Source: an uncultured Methanobrevibacter sp. (lineage in GTDB: Archaea; Methanobacteriota; Methanobacteria; Methanobacteriales; Methanobacteriaceae). From it: a stretch of DNA of 64,000 nucleotides. The number at the start of each line of letters is the position of its first letter. Position 1 is the first letter of the stretch. The notes beneath the pieces were generated by a model. It had not been told where the DNA came from. It saw nothing but the letters and a program-made list of their open reading frames with translations, and did not search any database. Below, piece after piece: positions 12,852-24,010 of this stretch. A program made the translations under genes and the position numbers. The stretch is taken from NCBI GenBank assembly GCA_947628455.1, contig CANQZY010000001.1, positions 20,613 through 84,612 of the forward strand, in the 5' to 3' direction.

Positions 12852-14116
12852 AATTTATAAACCTTATAACCATCTCTTTTTGAAAATGCATAATCTATAG
12901 TAGTATATTGATCCATAAATTCTATGACATCTTCTTTTATATCTTTTTGATCTACTGCTACTGCTTTAATAAATGCAGCTATTTCATCCATTTCTTTTTC
13001 TTTAAGTCCTCTTCTTGTGATTTCTTGTGTTCCTATTCGTAAACCAGATGGATTGTCATTGTTATGGACATTATCTCCCGGTAAAAGATTTTTATTTAAA
13101 ATAACATTATTTTCTGCTAAATCGTATGCAATATCTGATGCAGATCGGATATCTGATACTTTAACAGCTAATTGATGAGATTTAGTAAATCCAAGATCTT
13201 CACACAATACATCAAATCCTAACTCATATAAGGATTGGGCTAATTTTTGAGCATTTTTAATTGTTTGTTTTGCATAATCTTCACCAAATTGAAGCATTTC
13301 TATATTAGCAATCCCTAAACCAGCTAAATGATGTAGATGGTGGTTGCTTACAATTCCTGGAAATACTGCATCATCTATTTTATCTTTATATTCTGTTTTA
13401 GATAAAATGATCCCTCTTTGAGGTCCTGGATAGGTTTTATGAGTACTTCCCATCATCAAATCAGCTCCCTCCTGTAATGGTTGTTGGAATTGTCCGCCTG
13501 CAATTAAACCTAATACATGTGCACCATCATACATAATTGTTGCACCTACTTCATCAGCTGCTTCTCGCGCTTCAGCTACAGGATGTGGGAATAAAAATAG
13601 ACTTGCTCCAAAAAGAACAATTTTAGGTTTTTCTTTAAGAATTCTTTTATTCATTGCATCAATATCTATATTCATTATTTCTGGATCGAATGGGTGTGAA
13701 ATAGTATTTAAACCACAAATACCGGCCGCACTAAACCTAGAATGACTTACATGACCTCCTGTTGGAACATCTAAAGCCATCAATTTATCTCCAGGATTGG
13801 AAAATGCGAAAAATGAAGCTAAATTTGCTGTTACTCCTGATATTGGCTGGACGTTAACATATTCTGCGTTGAATATTTTTTTGGATGATTCTTTAGTTAA
13901 ATCTTCAATTTGATCCACATATTGACATCCTTCATATAATCTATGATGGGATTGTCCTTCCGCATATCTATGTTCCAAATCTGATACAATAGCTTCTTTA
14001 ACTTCAATACTAACTATATTTTCACTTGCTATGAGATTAATACTATTTTTCATATAATTAGTATGATTTTCAATTATTTTTCCAAATTCCTCTAGTTCAA
14101 AGTGATAGTTTGTCAT
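12848..14116 (-). CDS. glyA: Serine hydroxymethyltransferase
   Basis: LIASEN, RYAEG, YDGAH, PLP motif [17 protein letters not shown]. Confidence 0.97.
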   Translation of the reverse strand: MTNYHFELEEFGKIIENHTNYMKNSINLIASENIVSIEVKEAIVSDLEHRYAEGQSHHRLYEGCQYVDQIEDLTKESSKKIFNAEYVNVQPISGVTANLASFFAFSNPGDKLMALDVPTGGHVSHSRFSAAGICGLNTISHPFDPEIMNIDIDAMNKRILKEKPKIVLFGASLFLFPHPVAEAREAADEVGATIMYDGAHVLGLIAGGQFQQPLQEGADLMMGSTHKTYPGPQRGIILSKTEYKDKIDDAVFPGIVSNHHLHHLAGLGIANIEMLQFGEDYAKQTIKNAQKLAQSLYELGFDVLCEDLGFTKSHQLAVKVSDIRSASDIAYDLAENNVILNKNLLPGDNVHNNDNPSGLRIGTQEITRRGLKEKEMDEIAAFIKAVAVDQKDIKEDVIEFMDQYTTIDYAFSKRDGYKVYKL

Positions 14117-14451
14117 TCTATAATGCCCTCAAATAATTATTCATTTACTTAATTATATAAAATAGATTTGATTTTTATGTATTATAATACTTTATGTCAA
14201 ATAAAAAAAAAAGAAAAATAAAAAAAGTAATAGATTTGAATTATTATCTTGATTAACAATATCTAATTGTCTAAATATGATTATTAAATTCTATAATATT
14301 TTTCTGTATATTGGATGCTTTATATTAGATCTAAAAGTAAGTATTATTATTTTTTTTTAGAATTATGTAAATCTAACTCTCTTCAAATTTGTCTATAAAA
14401 ATCTTTATTATTTTTTTAATATTCCACTTACTATTTTGTAATTAAATTTTT

Positions 14452-14937
14452 TTATATTCCTCTTGACATTGCAGTAAGGCCTGTTCGAGATAATTTTTTA
14501 ATTCCATATCCTTTAAGTAGTTTTAAAAATGCGTCTAATTTTTCTATATCACCAGTGAATTCAATTATAAGCGATTCTTCACAGATATCAACTATTTTTG
14601 CCCTAAAAATATCGCAATATTGTATTATTTCTGATCTAGATTTAGCATCTGCAATGTTAACTTTAATAAGACATAATTCTCTTTGAACAGCATTTGATGT
14701 AAGATTTTTTATTTTAATAACATCAACTAATTTAGATAGTTGCTTTATAACTTGTTCTAGTGTTTTTTTATCTCCATTTACAACAATGATCATTCGAGCC
14801 AAATTTTCAACTTCTGATTCTCCTACTGTTATACTTTCAATATTAAATCCTCTTCTTGTAAATAGGCCAGCTATTTTCTGCAATACTCCGGGTTTATTTT
14901 CAACTAAAGTACTAATAATATGATTTTCATTCACCAT
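14452..14937 (-). CDS. ilvN: Acetolactate synthase small (regulatory) subunit
   Basis: ACT domain VENKPGVL, RRGFNIESITVG, RELCLIKV, RTG. Confidence 0.95.
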   Translation of the reverse strand: MVNENHIISTLVENKPGVLQKIAGLFTRRGFNIESITVGESEVENLARMIIVVNGDKKTLEQVIKQLSKLVDVIKIKNLTSNAVQRELCLIKVNIADAKSRSEIIQYCDIFRAKIVDICEESLIIEFTGDIEKLDAFLKLLKGYGIKKLSRTGLTAMSRGI

Positions 14938-14947
14938 AATTAATCGC

Positions 14948-16639
14948 CTATGTGTCTTTTTCTAGCTTATATTCTCCAAGCATTTCATTTATCCCTGCTC
15001 CTGGAGGTACCATAGGTAAACATTCATTTTTATCCACAACAATATCTAAAACTATTGGTTCATTATCTTTAATGGCTTTTTTAACTGCAATTTTTGTTTC
15101 ACCAGGTTGAGTAATTCTTTCAGCATTAATTCCAAAACTTTCAGATAATTTCACAAAATCAGGATTTTTATCTAAAATTGTTTGAGAATATCTTTTATTA
15201 TATAAAAGATTTTGCCATTGATAAACCATTCCTAATGTTTTATTTTCAAGAATTGCCACAATAACTGGAGTATCATATTCTTTAATTGTTGATAATTCTT
15301 GACATACCATTAAAAATCCACCATCACCTGTAATTGTTAATACTGGATCGTCTGGACATGCTACCTTTGCCCCTACAGCTGTTGGAAGACCGAATCCCAT
15401 TGTTCCAAGCCCACCTGATGATATGAATTTGCGTGGTTTTTGTGTGTCAAAAAAATGAGCAGCCCACATCTGATTTTGACCTACATCAGTTGTGACAATT
15501 GAATCTGCGGTTAAAGCATCGCCAATCTCTTTAATAACAGATTGCGGCTTTAAAGGAACATCATCATAACTATATCTTGGATAAAATTCATTTTTCATAG
15601 ATTTTAAACTATTAGACCATTTAACAGCACTATAATTAGATTCATAGTCATTTAATGAATCAATAAGTGATGAAAGAATATTTTTAGCATCCCCTACAAT
15701 TGGTAAATCAACTTCAACATTTTTACCAATTTCTGCAGGATCTATATCAATATGTATAACTTTAGTATTAGGTAAAAAATCTTCTAATTTACCAGTTGTT
15801 CTATCAGAAAACCTTGTTCCAACAGCTATTAATAAATCACTTTTGTTTATAGAATCATTTGCAACTTTTCTTCCATGCATTCCCAACATTCCCAAAGCCA
15901 TAGGATCTGTCTCATCAATAACACCTTTACCTAAAAGTGAAGTTATAACAGGTGCATTAATCATTTCGGATAACTGTTTTAATTCATCAGTAGCATCCGA
16001 AATAATGACACCCCCACCTGCTAATATTAACGGTTTTTTAGATTGTTTAATTAAATTTTTTGCTTTTTTTATTTGTTTTATGTTTCCTTTTATTGTTGGA
16101 TTATATCCTGGTGTGGATATCATATTATCATCAAAAATTGATAATTCTTTTTCTTGAACTTCTTTAGGAACATCTATTAATACTGGTCCAGGCCTACCGC
16201 TTCCTGCTATTTCAAAACTTGATTTAATAACAGACGGTATAAGATCAGGATCTTTAGGTTGATAACTATGTTTAGTAATAGGCATAGTTATTCCAATGAT
16301 ATCTGCCTCCTGAAATGCATCATTTCCAATTAAATTAGAAGTTACTTGTCCTGTTATTGCCACTATTGGAGATGAATCCATATATGCAGCAGCAATACCT
16401 GTAACAAGATTTGTTGCACCAGGACCAGAAGTGGCTATACAAACACCCACTTTACCTGATGCCCTTGCATATCCATCCGCTGCATGAGCTGCACATTGTT
16501 CATGTCTAACTAATATATGATCCATCTCTGCATCATATAACATATCATAGAATGGTATTAATTGACCTCCAGGATAACCAAATATAATATCAACACCCAT
16601 TCTCTTTAGTGATTCAATAATTGCTTCTCCACCTCTCAT
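14948..16639 (-). CDS. ilvB: Acetolactate synthase large subunit
   Basis: FGYPGG, RHEQ, TSGPGATN, DVGQNQMW, SGGLGTMGFG and ThDP motif GDGG. Confidence 0.96.
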   Translation of the reverse strand: MRGGEAIIESLKRMGVDIIFGYPGGQLIPFYDMLYDAEMDHILVRHEQCAAHAADGYARASGKVGVCIATSGPGATNLVTGIAAAYMDSSPIVAITGQVTSNLIGNDAFQEADIIGITMPITKHSYQPKDPDLIPSVIKSSFEIAGSGRPGPVLIDVPKEVQEKELSIFDDNMISTPGYNPTIKGNIKQIKKAKNLIKQSKKPLILAGGGVIISDATDELKQLSEMINAPVITSLLGKGVIDETDPMALGMLGMHGRKVANDSINKSDLLIAVGTRFSDRTTGKLEDFLPNTKVIHIDIDPAEIGKNVEVDLPIVGDAKNILSSLIDSLNDYESNYSAVKWSNSLKSMKNEFYPRYSYDDVPLKPQSVIKEIGDALTADSIVTTDVGQNQMWAAHFFDTQKPRKFISSGGLGTMGFGLPTAVGAKVACPDDPVLTITGDGGFLMVCQELSTIKEYDTPVIVAILENKTLGMVYQWQNLLYNKRYSQTILDKNPDFVKLSESFGINAERITQPGETKIAVKKAIKDNEPIVLDIVVDKNECLPMVPPGAGINEMLGEYKLEKDT

Positions 16640-16796
16640 TATAAAAACCCTTTATTAAAAAATTAGTTTTTTATATAAATAATATAGAAATTATTTTAGA
16701 TTAAGATAATATATATAAGTTAAGGCATGACTAGTATTCAAATACAAATAATAGTATAAAAAAAATATGCCAAAGATATTAGGAGAATTTATTATT

Positions 16797-18089
16797 ATGA
16801 AAGTTTTAGTAGTAGGAACTGGTGCCAGAGAACATGCAATAGCAAATGAACTAAAAGACGATGTTGAACTATATTCCTACATGAGTAAAAAAAATCCAGG
16901 AATATCTAAAATTGCTAAATACAAAATAGGTAACGAAGGAGAAATAGAAAAAGTAGTAGATTATGCAATAAAAAACAACATAGACATTGCATTTATAGGA
17001 CCAGAAGCACCATTGGAAAAAGGAATAGTAAATGAATTAGAAAAAAATGGAATTCACTGTATAGGCCCCACTAAAAGTGCAGCAAGAATAGAAACAGATA
17101 AATCCTTTATGAGAAAGCTATTCGAAGATTATAACATAAAAGGATCATTACTCTACAAAGTATTTGACAATACAGAAGACTTAAATGCTTTTTTAAATGA
17201 CTTTGAAAAAGAAGTTGTTGTAAAACCAATAGGATTGACAGGCGGAAAAGGAGTAAAAATAGTGGGAGATCACTTAAAAAATAATACAGAAGCAGAAGAA
17301 TATGCTAAAGAAATAATTGAAAATAAAATAGGAGGATTCGCACAAGTAATTATTGAAGAAAAAGTAGTTGGAGAAGAATTCACAATACAAGCATTTTGTG
17401 ATGGTAAAAACTTAGTGCCCATGCCTGCAGTACAAGATCATCCGCACGCATTTGAAGGGAATCAAGGTCCTATAACAGGAGGAATGGGTTCATATTCAGA
17501 TCAAAATGGGCTATTACCATTTTTATCACAAAAAAATTATGATGAAGCAGTTAAAATAATGAAAAAAACATTAAACGCAATAGCTACAGAAACAGAACCA
17601 TACAAAGGTATTTTATATGGACAGTTCATGTTAACAGACCATGGCCCACGTTTAATTGAATATAATGCAAGATTTGGAGATCCTGAATCAATGAATGTAT
17701 TATCTTTACTTAAAACATCACTCACCCAAATATGTCAAAATATTATAGATGAAAAGTTAGACAATGTAGAATTTGAAAATAAAGCTTCAGTATGTAAATA
17801 TATTGTTCCTGAAGGATATCCCGAAACAAAACACACAGAAGAGTTAATAAAAATCAATGAAAAAGCAATTAATGATTTAGGCGCTAAAGTATTTTATGCT
17901 GCAGTAAATCAAGAAGATGATGGAATACATCTCTCTAATTCAAGAGCACTTGCAATTGTAGCTAATGGAAATACCATACAAGAAGCCGAAAAAATAGCTG
18001 AAAAAGCATGCTCTCATATTAAAGGAAACATATATCATAGAAGTGATATTGGAACATCAAAATTAATAGAAAAAAAATATAAGATATAA
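16797..18089 (+). CDS. purD: Phosphoribosylamine--glycine ligase
   Basis: MKVLVVGTGAREHA, GPEAPL, GGKGV, TGGMGSY, EYNARFGDPE. Likely start ATG 16797 after AGGAG; the track gives 16767. Confidence 0.96.
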   Translation: MKVLVVGTGAREHAIANELKDDVELYSYMSKKNPGISKIAKYKIGNEGEIEKVVDYAIKNNIDIAFIGPEAPLEKGIVNELEKNGIHCIGPTKSAARIETDKSFMRKLFEDYNIKGSLLYKVFDNTEDLNAFLNDFEKEVVVKPIGLTGGKGVKIVGDHLKNNTEAEEYAKEIIENKIGGFAQVIIEEKVVGEEFTIQAFCDGKNLVPMPAVQDHPHAFEGNQGPITGGMGSYSDQNGLLPFLSQKNYDEAVKIMKKTLNAIATETEPYKGILYGQFMLTDHGPRLIEYNARFGDPESMNVLSLLKTSLTQICQNIIDEKLDNVEFENKASVCKYIVPEGYPETKHTEELIKINEKAINDLGAKVFYAAVNQEDDGIHLSNSRALAIVANGNTIQEAEKIAEKACSHIKGNIYHRSDIGTSKLIEKKYKI

Positions 18090-18109
18090 AAGGTGATTAA
18101 TTTTGCCTT

Positions 18110-19045
18110 TTAATCTACAATACCATCATTAGTAATTTTAAAAACACACTCACCCTCAGGAAGATGAGGACTATCAACTAAACGAGCAATTCTTTTACCA
18201 GCCAAACCTTTTTTAAGCCATATTCTATAAGTTGAAGCATGACCTAAAACATGACCACCAATAGCTTTAGTAGGTGAACCAAAAAAAGAATCGGGCTTAG
18301 CTTGAACTTGATTAGTGATAAATACTGCCATATTATAAGTATTAGCAAGTTGTTGTAGTGAATGTAAATGTTGATTTAATTTTTGTTGTCTTACAGCTAA
18401 AGATTCACGACCCACATACTCTGCTCTAAAGTGAGCCATGAGAGAATCTACAATAACTAATTTAACATTATTTCCATTTTGAACAAGTTCATTAACTTTA
18501 TCAGCCATTAAGATTTGGTGTGAAGAGTTAAATGCACGTGCAACATGAATATTTTGTAAAACTTCTTCTCTATCTAATTCAAATCCTTCAGCTATTTGAT
18601 CAATACGTTCTGGACGAAAAGTATTTTCAGTATCAATAAAAACACATTCACCATCAAGTCCACCTTGTTCTAAAGGTAACTGAACAGTAACAGCCAATTC
18701 ATGTGAAATTTGACTTTTACCCGAACCAAATTCTCCAAAAACCTCTGTCATAGCCTGAGTTTCAATCCCGCCACCAATTAAATCATTAAATCCTTTACTT
18801 CCGACGGAAATATGTCCAACATCTTCTCTTCTTTTACTTACATCCCATGCTGTTTCAAAATCAATATTCTCAGATTTACGTGCCGCTTCAATGACTTTTT
18901 CAGCTACCCCCTCACCAATTTCTGCTTTAACCGCTAATTCTTTTGGTGTTGCAGTGGCTAATCTCATCATATCCGCAAATCCAGCATCTCTAAGTTTTTC
19001 TGCTGTTTTTTCACCTACACTTGGCAAATCTTCTAACTCTACCAT
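18110..19045 (-). CDS. radA: DNA repair and recombination protein RadA (no intein)
   Basis: N-terminal HhH, Walker [30 protein letters not shown]. Confidence 0.97.
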   Translation of the reverse strand: MVELEDLPSVGEKTAEKLRDAGFADMMRLATATPKELAVKAEIGEGVAEKVIEAARKSENIDFETAWDVSKRREDVGHISVGSKGFNDLIGGGIETQAMTEVFGEFGSGKSQISHELAVTVQLPLEQGGLDGECVFIDTENTFRPERIDQIAEGFELDREEVLQNIHVARAFNSSHQILMADKVNELVQNGNNVKLVIVDSLMAHFRAEYVGRESLAVRQQKLNQHLHSLQQLANTYNMAVFITNQVQAKPDSFFGSPTKAIGGHVLGHASTYRIWLKKGLAGKRIARLVDSPHLPEGECVFKITNDGIVD

Positions 19046-19070
19046 AACTATCCAATCCCTATTTTATTTT

Positions 19071-21455
19071 TTAATAATATTTAGATAAAATTCTTTTAGG
19101 TCTAAGCCTAATTTCTTCATTATACTCATCAAATCCAACATCTGCAATAACTTCAACATATAAATTAGATAAATCTTCAACCTTACCTTCTAATACTCCA
19201 AGATCACCACTATCTTCAATAATTTCAACAACATCTTCAGTTTTCATATCAATTAATTCTTCAGCTAAGTTATTGAAAAATGTCATTGATATCTCCCCTG
19301 TATCATCTTCTATTCGAGTAGGAATCATTAAAAGATAATCAGGTTCGTCAATTTCTTCACCACAAAAATCACAAATATATTCATCATCAGTAATTTCTAA
19401 ATTATTATGGCAATGAGGACAACGAGTAATTAAATTTTTATTAGAAAAAGCCTCAATAATATGACCTGCAACTTTAACATTTCTATCATCATCCTCAAGC
19501 ATTTCAATTTCTTTAGGCTGATAAATAATATCTTGTAATTCACTGAATGTTGGCAAATCAGATATTTCACTATTAGATGGTGATAGAATAGAGGTATTTC
19601 TTGAAGTACTTAACTCTATCCTATTATCATTATCATTAAAACCTATACGTGGATCCTCAATTTTAATAGCTTCACCTACTTCAAGAGCCATATCTGCATT
19701 ATCCCCCCATAATACAAGAGAAATAGAACCTGTATTATCAGCTATTTCAATATTTCTAACTAAACCTTTAGTTCCATCTATTCTTTCAAATTCATGAGTA
19801 TCATTAAGTTCTATTATTCTTGCAATAACTCTAATTTTTGAATCATCTTCATCTATTTCATAAACTTTTTTGGTGGTATATATCATTTCTTCAAGAGTTT
19901 CAAATGTAGGTAACATTAATGCACGTGGATCATCTTCATCCAATTTAATAACCCTTGAACTTCCGCCAACATTTAAATCAACTGCATACATACCTAGACG
20001 TGTTCTCCCATTTTCAATTAAATAAGCATCACCCGGCGTATAATTCTCTTTCGCTTTATCCTCCCATAATGAAAGTTGAACAACACCAGTTCCATCTGAT
20101 AAATCAACAGATTTAACAGTTCCTGTTGTTCCATCATCTCGTTCAAATTGGTTCAAATCACTTGCAGATATTACTCTTCCAATAATATCCACTTCCTCAC
20201 CTTCATCATCCATTTCTAATACTTCTTCTATGTATTTTGGACCCATTTGTTCTTTAATTTCTTCGAAGATTATTTTTTGTTCTTCAGAAATCTTTGGATC
20301 AATGGATATTTCTGTATTCCAATTAGTATTTAAAGAATAACCAGTTGAAGTATAATCATCAAATCTAGCATTACCATCAATAATTTTAATTACATGACCC
20401 TTTTTAATATCTAAATCTGTATCATCATCCCAAACTGTGACTCTAATTCCTTCAGTATCATCCCTAACCTCAAATGATCTTAATTTTCCTTCACTACCAT
20501 CTGATCGTCTAAATGTTTTAATATCTTGGATTTTAGTAACGATACCTAAGATATTAACATTATTCTGTTCTTTAACATCAATTATTTTAGTAATAGTGTT
20601 TTCAAATTTTGGAATATCAAAATCTCCTTTAACAATTTTACCATCCCAATGAGACAATGAAATTTCACCATTTCTTTCTCTTGCTTGAGCAGCCAATACT
20701 TTAATTGCATCTCCACTGTGAAGTTCCAACAAATCAATTAACTCAACATTATTATTCCATAAAGTATATGAAATTTTACCAGATTCATCTTGTAATTCTA
20801 AAGATCCTACTTTACCTTCTTTGCCATTTTTCTTATAAGTTCTAATATTAGGAATTCTAATAATACGGGCAATAATATTAACTTTTGTATCTGGAACAAT
20901 ATCTGAAATAGGAGTTATCTCTTCTATATATTCTGGACAATTAGGACATTCCTCTTCTGTGATATGTTTTACAGTTGATCTTGGTTTCATAACAGCTTCC
21001 AAACCGCTATATCCATCTTTAATATCCACATTACTTATCTGAATAAGATTCCCTTCACTAAACTTTTTTAATAGTTTTATATTTTCTGTCCACATCACTA
21101 CTTTCATTGTTCCTGTAGAATCGGCTATTTCAATATTGCAAACTTTACCATCATTCCCTTTTTTTCTTTTAAAAGTTTTAGGAGTTCCTATTTGCATAAC
21201 TCTTCCAGAGATATTAATATTATTATCTCCATCCTCAAATTGAGCAATATTATTACGTGCAAATTCTTCTTGTGTTGATAAAGTTTCATTTTCCATAGTT
21301 AAATATTCATTAACTACTTGTTGAGCATTGTCAATATCATCCATGAAACTAATATCTTTATTTTTTTCTCTAAAATAATTTAATCTTTCGATAAATTCCT
21401 CTTCAGAGAGTTTATCCTTAATTTTATTATATTGTTCTAAAATTTCTCCTTCCAT
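19071..21455 (-). CDS. rpa: Replication protein A (multiple OB folds + C4 zinc finger)
   Basis: Repeated F.R..G..G.V...D.TG...W OB motifs; CPHC...CDFC; 25 bp upstream of radA. Confidence 0.92.
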   Translation of the reverse strand: MEGEILEQYNKIKDKLSEEEFIERLNYFREKNKDISFMDDIDNAQQVVNEYLTMENETLSTQEEFARNNIAQFEDGDNNINISGRVMQIGTPKTFKRKKGNDGKVCNIEIADSTGTMKVVMWTENIKLLKKFSEGNLIQISNVDIKDGYSGLEAVMKPRSTVKHITEEECPNCPEYIEEITPISDIVPDTKVNIIARIIRIPNIRTYKKNGKEGKVGSLELQDESGKISYTLWNNNVELIDLLELHSGDAIKVLAAQARERNGEISLSHWDGKIVKGDFDIPKFENTITKIIDVKEQNNVNILGIVTKIQDIKTFRRSDGSEGKLRSFEVRDDTEGIRVTVWDDDTDLDIKKGHVIKIIDGNARFDDYTSTGYSLNTNWNTEISIDPKISEEQKIIFEEIKEQMGPKYIEEVLEMDDEGEEVDIIGRVISASDLNQFERDDGTTGTVKSVDLSDGTGVVQLSLWEDKAKENYTPGDAYLIENGRTRLGMYAVDLNVGGSSRVIKLDEDDPRALMLPTFETLEEMIYTTKKVYEIDEDDSKIRVIARIIELNDTHEFERIDGTKGLVRNIEIADNTGSISLVLWGDNADMALEVGEAIKIEDPRIGFNDNDNRIELSTSRNTSILSPSNSEISDLPTFSELQDIIYQPKEIEMLEDDDRNVKVAGHIIEAFSNKNLITRCPHCHNNLEITDDEYICDFCGEEIDEPDYLLMIPTRIEDDTGEISMTFFNNLAEELIDMKTEDVVEIIEDSGDLGVLEGKVEDLSNLYVEVIADVGFDEYNEEIRLRPKRILSKYY

Positions 21456-21630
21456 ACCAAACCCTTCATTAATGTTAATACTACATATGTAAAAATATCC
21501 ATATAAAAATATAAGTTACCCCATATGAAAACTAATATCTATTGTACTATTAAAAAAAAATATAAAATATAAAAAAGATTCAAAAAAAAGAAATTATTAA
21601 AAATTAAAGGTTAAAATAAAAATAAAAAAA

Positions 21631-23034
21631 TTAATACGCATTAGGATCTTTTTTAAGAATAGTTTTAATCATAATTCCTAAATCTAGACCCATATGCCAA
21701 TTTTCCACATACTCTATATCAAACTCAATACGTTTTTTAATAGAAGTATCCCCACGAAAACCATTAATTTGGGCCCAACCAGTTAAACCAGGCCTAACTT
21801 GATGTTTGATCATGTATTTAGGGATAGCCTCCTTAAACTCATTAACAAAATAAGGTCTTTCAGGTCTTGGACCTACAACACTCATATCGCCTTTTAAAAC
21901 ATTGAAAAATTGAGGTAACTCATCAATACTTGTTCTACGAATAAATTCTCCAAATCTTGTTTTTCTTGGATCATCCCTAGTAGTCCACTGAGATTTTTCA
22001 TCATCAGGATCTTGAACCTTCATACTTCTAAATTTATACATTGTAAAAGGTACACCATGATAACCTATTCTTTCCTGTTTAAAGATTACAGGACCTGGAG
22101 AACTCAACTTCACACCAATAGCTGTTATAATCATAATCGGAGACGTTATTATAATAGCAATAATTGATATAATATAATCAAAAATAAATTTTAAAACTTT
22201 ATTAAATGCATCATCAAGTGGAACATCCCTAATATTAATAATTGGAATATCCTCAATCATATCAACAGAAGGCCTTGCAGGGAAATATTGATAATAATCA
22301 GGGATGATTTCTGCCTTAATACCATATTTTTCACAAATAGCCACAAGTTCATCGATTTTAGAATAAAATTTTAAAGGAATAGCTAAAACAACCCTATCAA
22401 AATTATTATTTTCTAAAATATATTCTAAATCATTGAAAGAACCAATAATCATGCTTCCTTCAATTTCCATACCTATTCTATTACTTCTACCAAGAAAACC
22501 TGCAATAGAAAATCCAAGATAAGGATTGTGTCTAATTTTACGAGCAAATCTATATGCTAATTCATTATCCCCAACAATAAGTATATGTTTTAAATTTCTA
22601 TTATCTGATCTTATACGTTTTAAAAAACTTCTTATCATAAATCTTTCAATAATTCCAAAAAATGTTGCTATAATAGCTAGTAAAAACAACATTATTCTAG
22701 AAAAGTTTGGCTGATTGATAATAAATAATACTGTTACTAAAACAAAAAATGCAACAATATTAACTTTAATAATTTGGGTTAACTCTGTAAAAATTGTTTT
22801 ATGAGTTCTAAAAGGTTTATATAATCCAAATGAAAAGTATAAAATTAAATAAGTAGGAATAACAACTAAAATCATGAATATTAGATATTCTTCGAAGCTT
22901 AAATGACCCCCTATAGGTCCAAAAATAGTAGTTTTAAATCTTAATAGCCATGAACATAAAAGTGAAAGGCAAACAACGAAAACATCAATTAAAACCAAAC
23001 AAAAATTTAATATTCTCTGATTTTGTCTAATCAT
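21631..23034 (-). CDS. Polyprenyl-phosphate hexose-1-phosphate transferase (WcaJ/CpsE family), polymer initiator
   Basis: Four N-terminal TM segments, a Rossmann-like domain, and catalytic KFRSM, SIDELPQFFNVLKGDMSVVGPRPE, PGLTGWAQING. Confidence 0.93.
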   Translation of the reverse strand: MIRQNQRILNFCLVLIDVFVVCLSLLCSWLLRFKTTIFGPIGGHLSFEEYLIFMILVVIPTYLILYFSFGLYKPFRTHKTIFTELTQIIKVNIVAFFVLVTVLFIINQPNFSRIMLFLLAIIATFFGIIERFMIRSFLKRIRSDNRNLKHILIVGDNELAYRFARKIRHNPYLGFSIAGFLGRSNRIGMEIEGSMIIGSFNDLEYILENNNFDRVVLAIPLKFYSKIDELVAICEKYGIKAEIIPDYYQYFPARPSVDMIEDIPIINIRDVPLDDAFNKVLKFIFDYIISIIAIIITSPIMIITAIGVKLSSPGPVIFKQERIGYHGVPFTMYKFRSMKVQDPDDEKSQWTTRDDPRKTRFGEFIRRTSIDELPQFFNVLKGDMSVVGPRPERPYFVNEFKEAIPKYMIKHQVRPGLTGWAQINGFRGDTSIKKRIEFDIEYVENWHMGLDLGIMIKTILKKDPNAY

Positions 23035-23150
23035 AAAAACAATACCCTCATTAATAAAAACTTAATAAGAAATTATAATGATTATTATAGTATTAATATT
23101 AAATTAAATTTTTCTATTTTTTATATTAAAAATCTAAAAAAAAAATTTTT

Positions 23151-24005
23151 TTAAGATTTCCTAAAAACATTGAACAGAAGTTTACCTAAAAATAAAATAG
23201 CAATTCCTACATATACAACAAAATTAGTTATTCTTGAATAATTTTGAGCTTGATGTTTTCTATAATAAATATACATTGCTCTATAAAATTCATATATTAA
23301 TTTAGATCTTTGTTTTTTACTACTAGATCCTTTATAATGTATTATTTCCACTTCACCTAAATATATTATTTTCCAACCTTCCTTTTTTATTCTATAACAT
23401 AAATCAATATCTTCACCATACATGAAGAAAATCTCATCTAAAAATTGAATGGCTTCTCTTCTAATAAACATAAAAGCACCAGTTAAACAATCAATTTCAT
23501 AAATTCCGTTATCATCCAGATTATCTAAATTATAATTATTCTTATCATTATTAGTTGGAATATGTAGAAGTTTATAAAATGAATTTCTAAGATTAGGAAA
23601 GCTTCTTTTACAAGCCATGTCCAATTTACCATCTTCTAAAAGAACTTTACACCCTAAAGCACCCACATCTTTATTATCCTCCATATATCTAAAACAAACA
23701 TTCAAAGTATTTTCAAAAACTACTGTGTCTGAATTTAAAAGAAGAATGTATCTTCCTTTAGATTTTTTGATAGCTAAATTATTTCCAGCTGCAAAACCTT
23801 TATTTTCATCTGATAATATAAAATGGATGGCTTTTTCTTTTTTAAAATAATTTTTTAGATTATCTATGCTATTATCACTAGAGCAGTTATCAACTATCAA
23901 TATTTCATATGTGAAACTATGATTATACTTTAAAATTGAATTAATCGCATTTTTTGTAAGAATAAATGTATTATAATTCACAATAATTATAGATAAATCA
24001 ACCAT
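23151..24005 (-). CDS. GT2 glycosyltransferase, WbbL/WsaD-like putative rhamnosyltransferase
   Basis: SIIIVNYN, NKGFAAGNN, LLNSD, FFMYGEDIDLCYR. Confidence 0.85.
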   Translation of the reverse strand: MVDLSIIIVNYNTFILTKNAINSILKYNHSFTYEILIVDNCSSDNSIDNLKNYFKKEKAIHFILSDENKGFAAGNNLAIKKSKGRYILLLNSDTVVFENTLNVCFRYMEDNKDVGALGCKVLLEDGKLDMACKRSFPNLRNSFYKLLHIPTNNDKNNYNLDNLDDNGIYEIDCLTGAFMFIRREAIQFLDEIFFMYGEDIDLCYRIKKEGWKIIYLGEVEIIHYKGSSSKKQRSKLIYEFYRAMYIYYRKHQAQNYSRITNFVVYVGIAILFLGKLLFNVFRKS

Positions 24006-24010
24006 ATTTT

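Noticed and set aside
14117-14451. Replication origin or pseudogene in the glyA-ilvN spacer (11-bp repeat AATAGATTTGA at 14161 and 14229)
   Set aside because: No ORB-like boxes, no cdc6 nearby and no recognisable protein remnant; the repeat could arise by chance.
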